A stretch of DNA of 64,000 bases. It comes from Spironucleus salmonicida. Taxonomy: Eukaryota. The stretch is from contig NC_090598.1 of NCBI RefSeq assembly GCF_000497125.1, positions 1,116,001 through 1,180,000 on the forward strand, read 5' to 3'. Every line of letters starts with the position of its first letter. The first letter of the stretch is position 1. The translations under genes and the position numbers were made by a program. The notes beneath the pieces were generated by a model. The model searched no databases. It was not told the DNA's origin and saw nothing but the letters and a program-made list of their open reading frames with translations. This document shows positions 1 to 13,100 of this stretch, piece by piece.

Positions 1-412
1 AGTTTAACTAGATCTAACATTTAATTTTTAAATATTTGATCAAGAGCTGAAGCAGTATTTGGTAGAGAAAGATGAACATACTCATCGGTAAATGCGTGAA
101 ATTTAAAAAATTGAAGAGGAGAGATAAAAAGATTTGGATGAATTATAAAAAGGGATGCAAGACATTGCAGGAGATGAATATGAAAAAAAGAGAAAGAGGA
201 AGAGAGTCAAAAAAATCGGGCATACCTGCGAAGACCATCCTAGTAGTAGCTAGACGGTATGTACACTTCCAGAGATGTCCAGTCCTAGTAATTTTTGATT
301 ATAAGCATCATTTTAAAGTTTATTGACTGTCATATAGCATTATCAACTATCATTACTATAAGTATGCGGGCCATTTTTGCACTGCAACGCAATAACTATC
401 GAAAAGTAATAA
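1..412. repeat. Left arm of inverted repeat (pairs with 2898-3309)
   Basis: Position p is complementary to 3310-p from 1 to 412, with the first mismatch at 413/2897. The ORF track gives identical mirror ORFs (72..326 + and 2984..3238 -). Confidence 0.95.
2..298 (+). CDS. 3' end of hypothetical protein (5'-partial), identical to the C-terminus of the 3012-4523 gene
   Basis: Frame +2 in table 6 reads VQLDLTFNFQIFDQELKQYLVEKDE...PEMSSPSNF then TGA at 296-298. Confidence 0.75.
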
Positions 413-605
413 TAATATAGTATTAAATATTATGTATAAATTTAATAACAGATTAGTTTAGATTATACACAGAGAATTGATCTACATTAAATACATCTTA
501 AATTCATGATTACGTAATCAAAGCGAAAGAAATGTAGGGTAGGTAACATTTTGCCTAAATTTCATTATTTTATTATAATTAGTAAAATATTTTTAAATCG
601 TCATA

Positions 606-1199
606 ATGAGTGATTAAGAAGAATCGAATTAAGAAAATTTAAGTGAATATTTCACTTGCCCTATTTGTTTGGATATTCTTAATTATCCAGTAATGATTTC
701 ATGTGGACATTTAACATGTTTTTCGTGTTTATAACATACCAATGAAAACTCTGAGAATATATCTTGTCCAGTTTGTCAATGCCCAATAAAGCCAAAAGAA
801 GTAAAAGCTGCATTTATAGGAAAATAAGTGGGTGAAGATACTAGAGGTGATATTGTCAAAGGGTTTGAAGATGCTGATAAGCTTAGAAAAGAAAGAGCTG
901 CACAAAATGTTTAAAATCAAGGAAATTTCAGATTTTAGTTAGGAATGGGAGGTTTAGGTCTTATGGGAGGAATTCCAGGTTTAAATATTAATATTAATGG
1001 TTTCCCTGGTGGGGTTCGTATTAATCAAGGCCCATAAGTCCCTGCTGAACCATTGACTTTTAAGTAAAAGTTAAATAAGTTTACAAAAAAAGTTGGTGCT
1101 ATCGCTTTATTTGGTCTTGTGATTTATTTATAAATAAAAGAATCAGTTAATGAATTTAAAGTTGGTGGTTAAAAAGTTGTTTATTACCATTTTCCATGA
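606..1199 (+). CDS. C3HC4 RING-finger protein with C-terminal hydrophobic segment (RNF5/RNF185-like E3 ligase), 197 aa
   Basis: FTCPICLDILNYPVMISCGHLTCFSC...CPVC RING motif, Gly-rich linker, hydrophobic VGAIALFGLVIYL. Confidence 0.85.
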
Positions 1200-1298
1200 T
1201 GATTAATGATTACTTTTACAGATTTTTATAAGTTTTTACTTATTTTCAGTAATTATAATATAAAGTTATAATAATATAGTATCCAAATAACTTTCAGT

Positions 1299-2207
1299 TC
1301 AAACTTAACTACTAATAGCTAGATCTGCAGTTTTTTCTTCTTTTGTTTCCTCGTCCTAAAAGCTAGGATTGTTTTTAGACGGAGTAAATTTTCTATAATA
1401 TACAAATTATGCTAAAATAACAGCGTCTAAACAAGCTGGAACAATAGCTGCAATATAGAATGCAATTTAGTCATAGTTAACTTCATTAGGAGAATTAATC
1501 TTAGTATTAATAGTATCAATTAATAATGTAATAAATTAAGTAACATTAGCTAATAATGCAATGATAAACATTACTATGCTAAGCCCTTCGACAGATCTCC
1601 TTTTATAATTTTTATAAATTTGAAACGGCCGCGTCATAATGTAAAAGGGTATAGCTGTATAAGATAGTATATTGCCAAAAATACGTCTCCAATTGGATAA
1701 AGTACCTTCAGAACAAGTAGAATATTTTGTTGGCTAAACTTTAAATAACTATGCTTATAAAATACCATAAATAACGATCGAAATTATAACAGTTGAGATT
1801 ATCAACAAATATATAATAATTTCCAAAGGTCTTAGTTTAATTGAAACACCAGTATTCTTCGAATTTCTAAAAAATATCTGCTAAAACACCAAAACAATGT
1901 CAGTAGTGATCCATATAACAGCTAAAATTTTCTATGTGAAAAGCAAATCTAAAATAAAAACGGAAACTAAATTTAAAAAATCAGCCCCTAACCACTGAAA
2001 TATTAACCAAGCTGACAAAGCTCCTACTTCTCTTGTTATAAATTAATCACGAGCTTGTGGATACAGAGCAATAATCCATAGTGAAAGAGAAATCCATCCA
2101 AAAATAAAAGAATAGAGTTATAGATTAGTGTATATACATGTATTAAATGATGCATTTATAAAATAGATAGGGTCAATCTTATTTTGCTAACCACAGATGC
2201 ATTACAT
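1299..2207 (-). CDS. PQ-loop transporter (PQLC2/Ypq-like), 302 aa
   Basis: FGWISLSLWIIALYPQ...GALSAWLIFQWLGADFLNL first PQ repeat; second repeat RPFQIYKNYKRRSVEGLS; multiple TM segments. Confidence 0.85.
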
Positions 2208-2897
2208 TTTCAAAATATTTACTTTTCAGTATTTAATATAATATAAGTTTATATTAATTTATTATTTGTGCTTGTCGAAAATATTATTATACTTTGCAAA
2301 ATTAAAGTTTTACCTATAATATAGACCTAAAAATTGTAAAAACTTAAGAAGAATTAATATATGGATATAAACATAAAATTAGTGTTCTAATATTCAGTAA
2401 TTGTGATTATATAATTATGAATATACTGATATTAATTTTATTTAATTAATAGTATTAACCTTAATAATCATTATTTAATATAATTAAGAAAACACAAAAT
2501 GATGTACAAAATGTTGTGAATTAAATATAAACATAAATGCATGTATAATAGATCAAAAATTCTACTTAGATATATGTCAAGTATAGAATAAGTAAATTGA
2601 TACTAATAGAATATTTATATTTGACGAAGTACTAAAATAAGAATAACCAAAATCGAAAATCATGTAATTTAATTTTGTATATCTAAAAGGACTATTATAT
2701 ATAAGTGTTATTGTTGAGTTTTATAAGTGATTTTATTAATAAAATTTATAAATGTTCAGAAACTCTAGATATGTAAATTTTAAATTAATTTCTATCGCAG
2801 ATAAAATAAACGCTTTACTGGGAACTATTTATATTATAGTCAGTATTTTGTTGTAAAGCTACAATAATATCTAATATGCATATCTAACAATTAGTTT

Positions 2898-3309
2898 TTA
2901 TTACTTTTCGATAGTTATTGCGTTGCAGTGCAAAAATGGCCCGCATACTTATAGTAATGATAGTTGATAATGCTATATGACAGTCAATAAACTTTAAAAT
3001 GATGCTTATAATCAAAAATTACTAGGACTGGACATCTCTGGAAGTGTACATACCGTCTAGCTACTACTAGGATGGTCTTCGCAGGTATGCCCGATTTTTT
3101 TGACTCTCTTCCTCTTTCTCTTTTTTTCATATTCATCTCCTGCAATGTCTTGCATCCCTTTTTATAATTCATCCAAATCTTTTTATCTCTCCTCTTCAAT
3201 TTTTTAAATTTCACGCATTTACCGATGAGTATGTTCATCTTTCTCTACCAAATACTGCTTCAGCTCTTGATCAAATATTTAAAAATTAAATGTTAGATCT
3301 AGTTAAACT
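2898..3309. repeat. Right arm of inverted repeat (pairs with 1-412)
   Basis: Reverse complement of 1-412; covers the last 298 nt of the CDS plus about 114 nt downstream of its stop. Confidence 0.95.
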
Positions 3310-4523
3310 TCCTAAAATTTTACCTCAAGAATTATTTTATACAGGTTATTATTCAAAATACTATTATACACACTCTCTTTGTACTCTTGTAAGTCTATTG
3401 GGAGTCTAAAGAACTGCTTCTCATTTAACACTACAATTATGAACAGTTATTGGGATAGAATATTCTATAGTCGATTGGCCACTCGAACCTCAACACCAAA
3501 ATCGTAATATTAAGGGATTGAGTTATATATTTGGCCACCCTACCGATAAAATGCAACCACGCCGCTATAATCGAAAGATTTTAGGTTGAGCGTTCCCATA
3601 CTCTGAATCCGATAAACTTTATTTTGAACCTTCTGATCGCTATTTTGTAAGTTGAGCCAGGAATTAGCCAAATAGGTACACGGTTCAAAGTTATACAGCA
3701 TTGCTGATCCAGTCAGTTACTGTTCAGCGTAATTTTCGATCTTGGCGATGTAAACCTTATGCAGTAAATTTGTATTGTTAACAATTATCCGCATTTATCC
3801 TTGGACGTCATCAATCTTTTTGAGCTTCTTTATGCTTTTGTAGTTCTTGTTTATGACCTTCTCCTCTGGAAGAAACTCTTAAAACCCATCGTTAACTTCA
3901 ATAAGCCCCATGCAGGCAAACATTTGCGAGTTTGTGGCCTGTGCGACCATCTCCTCGCTGAACTTGGCTGCAAAGTTCAGGGTGATCAACTGGCTATGCG
4001 CCTCGATATAGGTAACGCTAAATGAGGCTACTTTCATCTTCATCTAGCCCCTCGGGGTGGAAAATATGCAAACCCGGAAAGAGGTCTAAAACGGGATAAT
4101 TACCGACCGGTTTACCGCGAACAGGCTGTCTCCACATGCCACCAGCTCCGTTTCGAACGCATAGAAGTTGCACTGGATCTGCACGGTGAGCTGCACCTGG
4201 AACGGTAGCTAGACTAACAGGTTGGGGAGCGTAGTGAACTGTGCATACTTGTCAGATCTCACGATTGTGATGTCCAGATTCAGGTCCTCCGCTAACAGCA
4301 GCTCTGTGCGCTGCTCCGCGAGGCTGATGTGCTCCGAAGTGTAGAAAGTGCTCTGCTGTAAGATCTGGCCCCGGTATGCGCGTACCGACAGCTGCACAGT
4401 GAAATTCTGCGTCGCCTCCGCCGGAATCTGCGCCTCTTGCAGGAAAATCAGCGAATTTGATTGTACAGGTACCAGGATTAGTGAGTGATGTAAGAAGTTA
4501 AATTAAAATTAAATCTGCACCAT
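3012..4523 (-). CDS. Hypothetical protein, 503 aa
   Basis: ATG at 4523 preceded by TTCCACT; MVQIQFQFNFLHHSLILVPVQ... in frame with track ORF 4209..4397; ends at TGA 3014-3012. Confidence 0.8.
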
Positions 4524-4700
4524 AGTGGAACTTTACACACCCAAATGTGATAAATCAGTTTTTAAACTAATTTAGTACATTTGAATAAAGTACTCTATAT
4601 AAATATAATATTTAATTTTAAGTGATAACACTTGCTTTTGGGAATAAAAATATTAACATATATTAATAATGAATATATTAAATTATACTCGATATCGTAC

Positions 4701-5120
4701 TCATTCTAGCTTAACACTCTCCCCATAAAGCCTATCATGTCTTCTTTTAAGTAAACATAATTCACTTTACAAACTTAAAATCTATTTTTATCGCTTTTCA
4801 ATAAATTCTTATACCTAAAAAGGACTTAAATCAAGTCTAGAACTAACTGGAAAATATTTTTGCCAACTCTCTCTTGAATCCTTTATTGATGAAACCATTT
4901 TTTCACGCTTCTAAATTGATGTTTATACAATTCCGATAATAGAGATAATATCTTTACAAAAATAGTGTCCAACCCGCTGGGCAGGCGACTGCTTTGGATA
5001 AAATAAATCAATTTCTTTGCGCAGTTCATTTGTGAGCTTCTTAACATTATCTAATGACGAATAATTTATATACTTCATCTGCAAGTTGTTGCTTCCGTCT
5101 GCTGCTACAGAGTTGTCCAT
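4701..5120 (-). CDS. Hypothetical protein, 139 aa
   Basis: Track ORF 4923..5120 reads through TAA to ...ESVKLE-TGA. Confidence 0.65.
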
Positions 5121-5264
5121 TTTCCAAATTATGAAAATATTTTGTCCTATGAAAGATATAATAATACTATATATTTTTCAAATATACTTTTGATATTTTA
5201 TACACAAATATTTAATTTCCCACTAGCTTAACTGTCAAAGCCTGATATTTTAACCCAAAAACCA

Positions 5265-6971
5265 TCACTCCATATCGATTTCGAAAACTGACACTGGAAA
5301 CGGTATCTTAAACTCGTTCAGCTGCTTTATCCCTACAACACCTGCGAATCCGACTCTTTTGCCTTCCAAATAGACTCCGCAGCTTCTGCCGGAAATCATC
5401 CAATCAAAGCTTTCCTCCTTCAAGTGGTAATTCCTGCCTAATCTGACGCCAATTCTGTCGAGTATGCCGTGCAGTTCTCCGAACAAATCAGATGTTCCGC
5501 CTACCAAAACACCGATTTTTACCTCGCAGCTGACCCCCAAATCATTAGATGTTTCGCAAAAGACTTCTGCAGTTTCGAAAATTTTCACCGGAAGCGGTCT
5601 GAACTGACCGCAGCTTGCGGCACGAAGCATTCCCGGGATCAGACTAGCTCTTCCGTGTGAGAAAGTTGCTGTTTTTGCGTTTGCAAGCGCGATCGGAAGA
5701 GGTAATACGAAGGCATCTGAAGCCTGGCAGAGGGAAAAATTAAGTGTTTCGATACAGCCGGACGCTGATAACTCGCGACGTACCGCTTCCTATACTTTAT
5801 ATGAGCGTAAAGTGGAGCCAATAGTGACAGTTCTGGGGTAAGTAGACTATTGTGCGATTTCGTTAAAGCCGTAGCCTATCGCAATGTCTTCAATAAGGTC
5901 GATCTCGTTTAGAACATCGGCACGTTCGAATGGTACTGTGCATATAAGCCCGTTATTGGCAGATTTGATTGCTTTAATTGACATTTTTTGAAGATATGAA
6001 ATCGCTTCTTCTGGCGTAAAAGTGAGACCGATGACGCGGGCAGCCTAGTCGAGAGACATTGAAAATGTGCGTGCGCTTAAATCTGGTGTAGTATTTTGTA
6101 AATTTCTCAACAGTGGAGCGCTAGAAATGTCTTAATAATGGACATCAACTGATTACACTTCACAAGGTGTCGAAGAATGTGCTAATAGGCCAGAAACTAC
6201 AGAATTAAGGGCAATATTGCCTTTTGTTAAATCTGTTGCAGTTACCTCGATGAAAATATCTGTGGTTGTAAGGTCAATTTTAGAGTATTCTGAGTTGATG
6301 ATTGGTGGTAGCGAAAGGACCTCACCAGTAGCATCTCTAATCACTGGCCATACATGAGACTGTTGGATAAGTTATAAGAACTCTTGGAGTTTCTTATCTG
6401 ACTCCAAAACTTCAAATAACTCGTCTCCGTTGAGCTTTTAAGCTTAATTAAGGGCTTTAAAAATGATATTTTTTGGTGACTCAGCCGTGTAAGTTATTTT
6501 CGACGTATCCATTTTCTTCATATCATGAGTTCCAATTGCTCCAAGAGATCTACGTCTACAGACATTATGGTGGAGTTTATCTTAATGGTCAATAAATGAG
6601 TTATATGAACGTTAATTGAGTGATACATTTTTAACAACAGCCGCTACAATGTAGGGTCTGATAATTGCTGTAGATGGGTCAACATTAATCGTGATACCAG
6701 ATGGAGTAGTATTTACTGTTTAATATTCATCCTTTCCTAAGAATACGCGAAGTACACGCACTATATTCTCAGCACAAAGCAAATCTCCACGATTAGCAGA
6801 TACATCAACTTTATAAGTAGGAATCGGAACAGTGCAATTACGCTCTGCCTCGTCAATAATTTCATCTAACTCAATGCCATAACTGGCCATAATTTCGTCA
6901 AGTTTAGAATCCGAAATATCCTCTCCAAATAATTGAATAAAGTATTCACGGGATACAGAAACAGTTGGCAT
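5265..6971 (-). CDS. FARSB: Phenylalanyl-tRNA synthetase beta subunit, 568 aa
   Basis: YKVDVSANRGDLLCAE, QDKLHHNVCRRRSLGAIGTHD, VLSLPPIINSEYSKI, RADVLNEIDLIEDIAIGYGF; three track ORFs join in one frame. Confidence 0.95.
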
Positions 6972-7051
6972 GCAAAGGAATGGTGATATTACTATTATAT
7001 ACTATAATATATATAATATCCTCTATATATTTCAAAATTGATTTTCTGAAA

Positions 7052-7058
7052 CCACTCC
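7052..7058 (+). promoter_or_regulatory. CCACTCC C-rich upstream motif
   Basis: Lies 10 nt before the ubiquitin ATG; the same heptamer precedes several other starts in the window. Confidence 0.7.
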
Positions 7059-7068
7059 ATTTGTGAGA

Positions 7069-7452
<384 letters not shown>

Positions 7453-7554
7453 TTAACTTTTATATAATATAAATTCACTTCACAAAGATAAAGTGAAGAG
7501 GTAAGATAAGGAAATATAGTTTATAATAAAATTTTATAAAAAGAAATAAATTAA

Positions 7555-7947
7555 TCAGTGCTTGAGGGCAAAGTTAAGCTTAGGACAAGCATGATGACGC
7601 TTAGTAACCATGTTAGGCTTGATCTGCTGTTAACGTGTAGAAAGAGCAAGTCTTCTAGCCTTGGTAGTGAACTTCGTGAATCTTTTAGGCTTAACCTTAG
7701 AGGACTCATACTTTTCAGCAAGTTCCTTGAGCTATACAGTACGGATCTGGGTGAGTACACGAGCGATGTCCTTCTGGACATCAGAAAGACGGTTGAGTTG
7801 GTTGGCAACACGACCAGAGACAACCTTAGAAACACGAAGGTTAAGGTGCTCTCTTCTGTATTCATCAAGCTTGGTCTGGAGTTCTTCTTTGGTCATAGCC
7901 TTAAGTTCTTTGTTAAGTTTAACGAGCTTTGAATCTTCGCGAGCCAT
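7555..7947 (-). CDS. RPL35: 60S ribosomal protein uL29 (L35), 130 aa
   Basis: ELKAMTKEELQTKLDEYRREHLNLRVSK...KDIARVLTQI; basic C-tail TKARRLALS; CCACTCC upstream. Confidence 0.93.
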
Positions 7948-8165
7948 CTCAAACGTGGAGTGGAAACGTAAAATTAATTTACATAAATTATGAATATTAT
8001 ATACTTTCTAGTCTATACATATTTTAATCCACTAATTACTAATTATATATATTATAATATAAATTAATAACATTAGTTTCTGTTTGTCTTTGACAAACAT
8101 ATATTTTCAAATAATATAATTTAATATTATATACATTCATATATTACCATCCAATTTAGTATAAA

Positions 8166-10118
8166 ATGCTGTTCGTTCTATAAATTACATATTCAAATTA
8201 CTAAGCTATTACTTCATATAAAATAAAAGATCCTTAACTAATATTAGTTAATCTTTAAATACCATAAAGTTGCAGTGACTAAACAGTCAAAAATTATCAG
8301 ATACCATTTGTAGCTTAAGTTGATAATTTTACATTGAACTTTTTTAAAGGAATTTCTACTACTAGCAATAACTTAAGCTCATTAGTAAAAAACCTTTCTG
8401 GTTGTATGGATAAGCTTAACAACATTACAATTCAACTTGAAATTCCTACTAATTCAACTTATTTTCTATAGAAAAAGGAAGTAGGAGATAAGTGTGCCCA
8501 ATAATGTGTTTAAGGCACTACTTCAACTGCGTGTAATAAATTTATCATTAATAATACATCATCAACTAATTTGATTAACATAGTTACATCACCGAGCTAT
8601 CAAATATTTAATGTTAAGAATAATGTTATAATATAAGTTTTATCTATTTAGTTTATTATTAAGATGCTAGCAGGTAAATTTCAATATCCTAATTAGATTA
8701 ACTGCTTTGGAGATAATGAGAGTATTTAATTGAGTAGATTTTTAACGCAAAATATTTAATTAGATACCGCAATTCCTTGCATAGCAGAATGCGTAGAAGT
8801 AGACAAAGGACTATTTGTTTAAGGTGTATCAGTTAATAGCATTGCTTAGATTACTGAACTCCAATATTATTTTATTTGGACTGGTAGAGATAATCAAAAT
8901 GACTAATTTCGTAGTTAAACTTAGTCATGGTTCTACTACTAAGGAATTTAAAACAAATCTGGTTATTTCACGGCTATTTAAAACTGGTTTAAAGATTAAT
9001 TCAAGTGATTCAAATTTAAAAGTCAAAGCTAGGAATATTATATTGCGTTGTATATTATTTACCGTTTCTTTCAAATGCCACCTTACAATTCAGGTTAATT
9101 ATTTGTATAACCTTAAGCAACTACGACATTAAAATTATTGTAAGGTGCTATTCATATTAATGGTGTCTTTATATCACCCAATACTACTATATTATTATAA
9201 CCTGGTCATTTATAATTAATTTAAATTTTATAAAATGCAGATATATTATTATCGCCAGAACCTTAAAATAAATATTATACTTAATTTCAAGATAATAATA
9301 TCAATTTTCTTAGTAAAATACTTACCAGATTAGGTTAGAAAAAAATCTAAGTAATTCTCTATATAGGAGCAACTTAATAATCTCTATAATCTTAAATTTA
9401 ATTATTACAATCTAATTCTATTATTCCTATTTTAGTTGACTTGTCTGAGCAGGTTATTTAACATTCTGCATTTTGTACTTAGTTTAATTTTGAAAATAAA
9501 TTTAAAATCTATAATCCACTGATTCTGCCTAGTTTTTATGACTAAAAAATTATTGATATTGCTTTAGTGAAGGCTAGTTAATTATCTGAAGAAATATAAG
9601 ATGTTGTTGTGTTCGTTGCACTCCCTTTCAAGTAAGTTAATTTTGATTGCATTGATTACTATAAAAACTAGATTTCTATCTACTAAAATAAGATAAAATC
9701 AAGTGGAGTGGAGGTTGATATTACGTGCTTTACCGATTTTGAATATTTGGGATAAAATATTATGGATATGAACTTTATGAAATATCCAGAATTTTTATAC
9801 AAAGAGCTAAATGATTCTATTTAGCAAAGATTTCTAAGATTTTATTTCTATGGAGATGGTGAGTATTTAACACCAAAATCCAAGTTTATAGAAAAATCTA
9901 AAGTTGAATTTATGACAATTTAAAACGGAATATTTACCAATAGAGATACTGACTGTGAGTATAAATACGGAATAATTATGAACGAAGATGAAGAATACAT
10001 AGGAATAGTAAAAATATAAAAAATTGATGAATCATAGGTATAGATGGTAGTTTTTAACGAAGAGATTTGCTCATTTCAAAAATTGAGGGTAATTGTAACA
10101 GATAATGATGTGATATGA
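8166..10118 (+). CDS. Hypothetical protein, about 650 aa, short hydrophobic N-terminus
   Basis: MLFVLQITYSNY... long table-6 frame ending at TGA 10116-10118; middle not checked codon by codon; no recognised family motif. Confidence 0.7.
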
Positions 10119-10125
10119 TAATTCT

Positions 10126-13100
10126 TCACATAGAAACTATGATAGTATCCTTCGGCCCCTTGATCCCAATCTCCCTCCTGCCAGTCTATGAAAACGATAC
10201 AAACGCGCCAGAAATCTCATAAACAACCTATAAACTTTCAAATTCTAGCACTTGAAACCCATCTTTGCTGATCGTTCCAATCCAGCGCGGAAAATCGTAG
10301 AAATATATGAAATCTGCATAGATACACCCTCTACTCAACTCAACGTTTAGAACCTGTCGAAGAGCGCTATTGAAGTACTGGAAAAATATTCTGTTTTCTC
10401 GTAAAAATAAACTCGTCAAGCCACCGTTCCAGGCGTTTTTAAATGTGTAGACTTGATCATAATATTCAACTTAAACCACAAATTGGGCCCGAAAATTAAA
10501 ATCGTATACTTAATATATATAAATACAATCTTGATATAAACAAAAAATTCTACGACTTTCTGTCTGAACAAAACATTTGATGGGAAGATCAATATGCAAT
10601 GGCTAGATTCTGTTTTGGGTCACTAGGAAGAACTCGTTGAAGGCTAAAATAAGAACTTCCTACGGTCCCAAAAATTTAGCAAATTGCGCACGAGATCCAG
10701 TTGGGACTTGCCAAATAAGTATCCTTTCAGCACCCTTTTACAATTAATATATTTTCACGTTATGTTCTTCTATTTCAAGTACTTAATCAATTTCAGGAGA
10801 AATAAAATATGGTAGTGGAAGCTCCTGACACTGAAAATTAGCAGAAATCCCTTCTTTCGATTGAAAGTTAATTTTGACCTTCCGTTCATAAATATATAGT
10901 TTTTCAAGAACTTGGTCAGGCTCCACTCCATAAAAGAGCGATTTTAAAAGCTCTGGATCTGAGAAAGACTAGTATTGCTATTTCTTACTGAAATGCGGAA
11001 ACGTGTTTTCTGGAATTTAGTTACCGAAAATGAGTTGGATCCAGGAATTTATGTGCTAGTTGGTTTCTAATTGTGTGCGAAACTTTGTAAGATTATAAAA
11101 AACTTTATCCAGCTCTATGAGCCCGTCTTATTTAAACTGGTATGTCTCGTTGTAGTCTAAGTTATTGATGTTCGTATAAAATTCCATAGTAGAAAATAGT
11201 TCAGGAGTGAGCTCAGAAAGCGATTTTCCGGTCATAATTTTGTCCCACTAACTCTATATTGAGTGGAACTATCTATCATAGCAATCGTACACGCCATTTT
11301 GTAAATATCTCTAAATGGATGTAAATGGTTCTACTTTAAATAAAAAATGTGAAGCAACTGCTCTATGAGAATAAAATGTCTAAAATAAAGAATTTTTGGC
11401 TTCTGTAATTGATTCTTTGTTATCTTTAAGTTTTTACTCTAATTTATCAACAATATCTTGGCATTACTTCCCTATTATTTCACTATAAATTCTGTTTTCA
11501 CTTATCATAGGAAATATTGGATACTAATATAGGTCATCATATGATCTTCCAGCTAGATAATTAATTGATAAAATGAATGAAAATACAGAAATTTCTTAAA
11601 ATTTATATGATCTCATTAATTATTTTATCTATTATTATACGTTAATTTTCTTCTCCTAAAAAGTTTTAGAAAAACTTGAGTGTTACGTAAATTTATCAAA
11701 ATCTAATTGAGAATTGAATACTAACTAAATAGATTGAGAATCATACTAGACTAACTCCAACATATAAAAATAATTACATAACCGCTTTTCGTAAATCAAT
11801 CTAATGGAATTTAAATTAATCTATTAAAAATTTACATCTAATGTGTGATTTCCGTAATCATATAGACCATCATTTATAGTTCTATCATATTCATCCTTTT
11901 GTACACATTACTACTCCTATTTCTATTATATGATATTCAATAATGATGATATATCATTTTCCTACTATTATTTAATCTTTACTAGTAATAATAAACTATC
12001 CTCAATATAAATATCAAATATTTAATTACCTAACAATTATAGTTTTAACACACTCACAATTTTTTCACTTTTTGGACGGAGATAAGGATATTAAATTTTT
12101 TTAGATAATAATAAAAGAGGTTATAATAAAAATCTTTTCGATGGATAGGTTTTTATATTTGATAATACAATCTAATTTGATTATTCTGAAGAGCATTGCT
12201 ACATAAAATGAAGAAGTTTTTGCAATATATATTACTTATTCTCACAAATAGGGCATATCTATTTGTAACAAATCATGTTGTAGTTATTATTCTTTTTATA
12301 ACAACATTTTGATAAATTTTTCACCTTTACATTTCTATCATCATTCATAACTTTATTTATATTTACTTACATATACAATGACACATGCAACTTATCTAAA
12401 AATAAGTCAACAAGTTATTGGATATCATCATATATGTATTTAAATACAAACTAAAGATGATAATCCCCTATTATTTCTAGTAATAACTACTCTTATTATT
12501 ATTTTATAATTGTTTTTTATTAACAATATACAATTGATGCTACAAAATTATTTCTAACATTCCCGCTTTACTAACTCATATTTCCATTAACAATATATCG
12601 TAATAATTACTATTCATCGATATTAAAAGCAAATATGAATTAATGTACTTTTTCTATAAATTTGTTATGCTTTACTTGATTATTCTTCTAAAATAAAACT
12701 AATTATTCAAAACAATACTATTTACATGCAAAATATTCCCATAAATTATCATCATACTCATTTATTTCTTAGAGTAATATAGTGCAATCTAAAGCAAATT
12801 CATCGTATAAGATCTGTTAATTAGAATAGTATGAATTAAGTATTTAAACCATAATATTTTTATCATTTTAATAATAAGTTAATAAAAGTTTTGTATTATT
12901 TATAGTTATTATAGAAACTAATTTCAAAATTTATGACATAGAAAAATCAATATATTAATTTTCTTTAGTTAACATAGAATAAGTAACACCTAATAATAAT
13001 TAATGATTATTTTATAAAGCATTACAGTCTTCTTCAATTAAATTAGATAAAATTTAATAACAGTACCGGTGACCATCATTCTTTAAATTTAATGTAAATA

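Noticed and set aside
72-326. Track ORF of 84 aa and its mirror 2984..3238
   Set aside because: Wrong frame. Frame +2 (ending at 298, mirrored at 3012) is the one continuous with the 503-aa gene.
360-395. GC-richer stretch with CATTTTTG (Sm-site-like) inside the inverted repeat
   Set aside because: No snRNA-specific motifs or convincing stems; the two copies are identical only because the duplication is recent.
469-475. ACAGAGA, resembling the U6 snRNA box
   Set aside because: No downstream AGC triad or internal stem-loop; a 7-mer is expected by chance.
2210-2897. Long AT-rich gap that might hold a gene or mobile element
   Set aside because: No convincing ORF, terminal repeat or target-site duplication seen.
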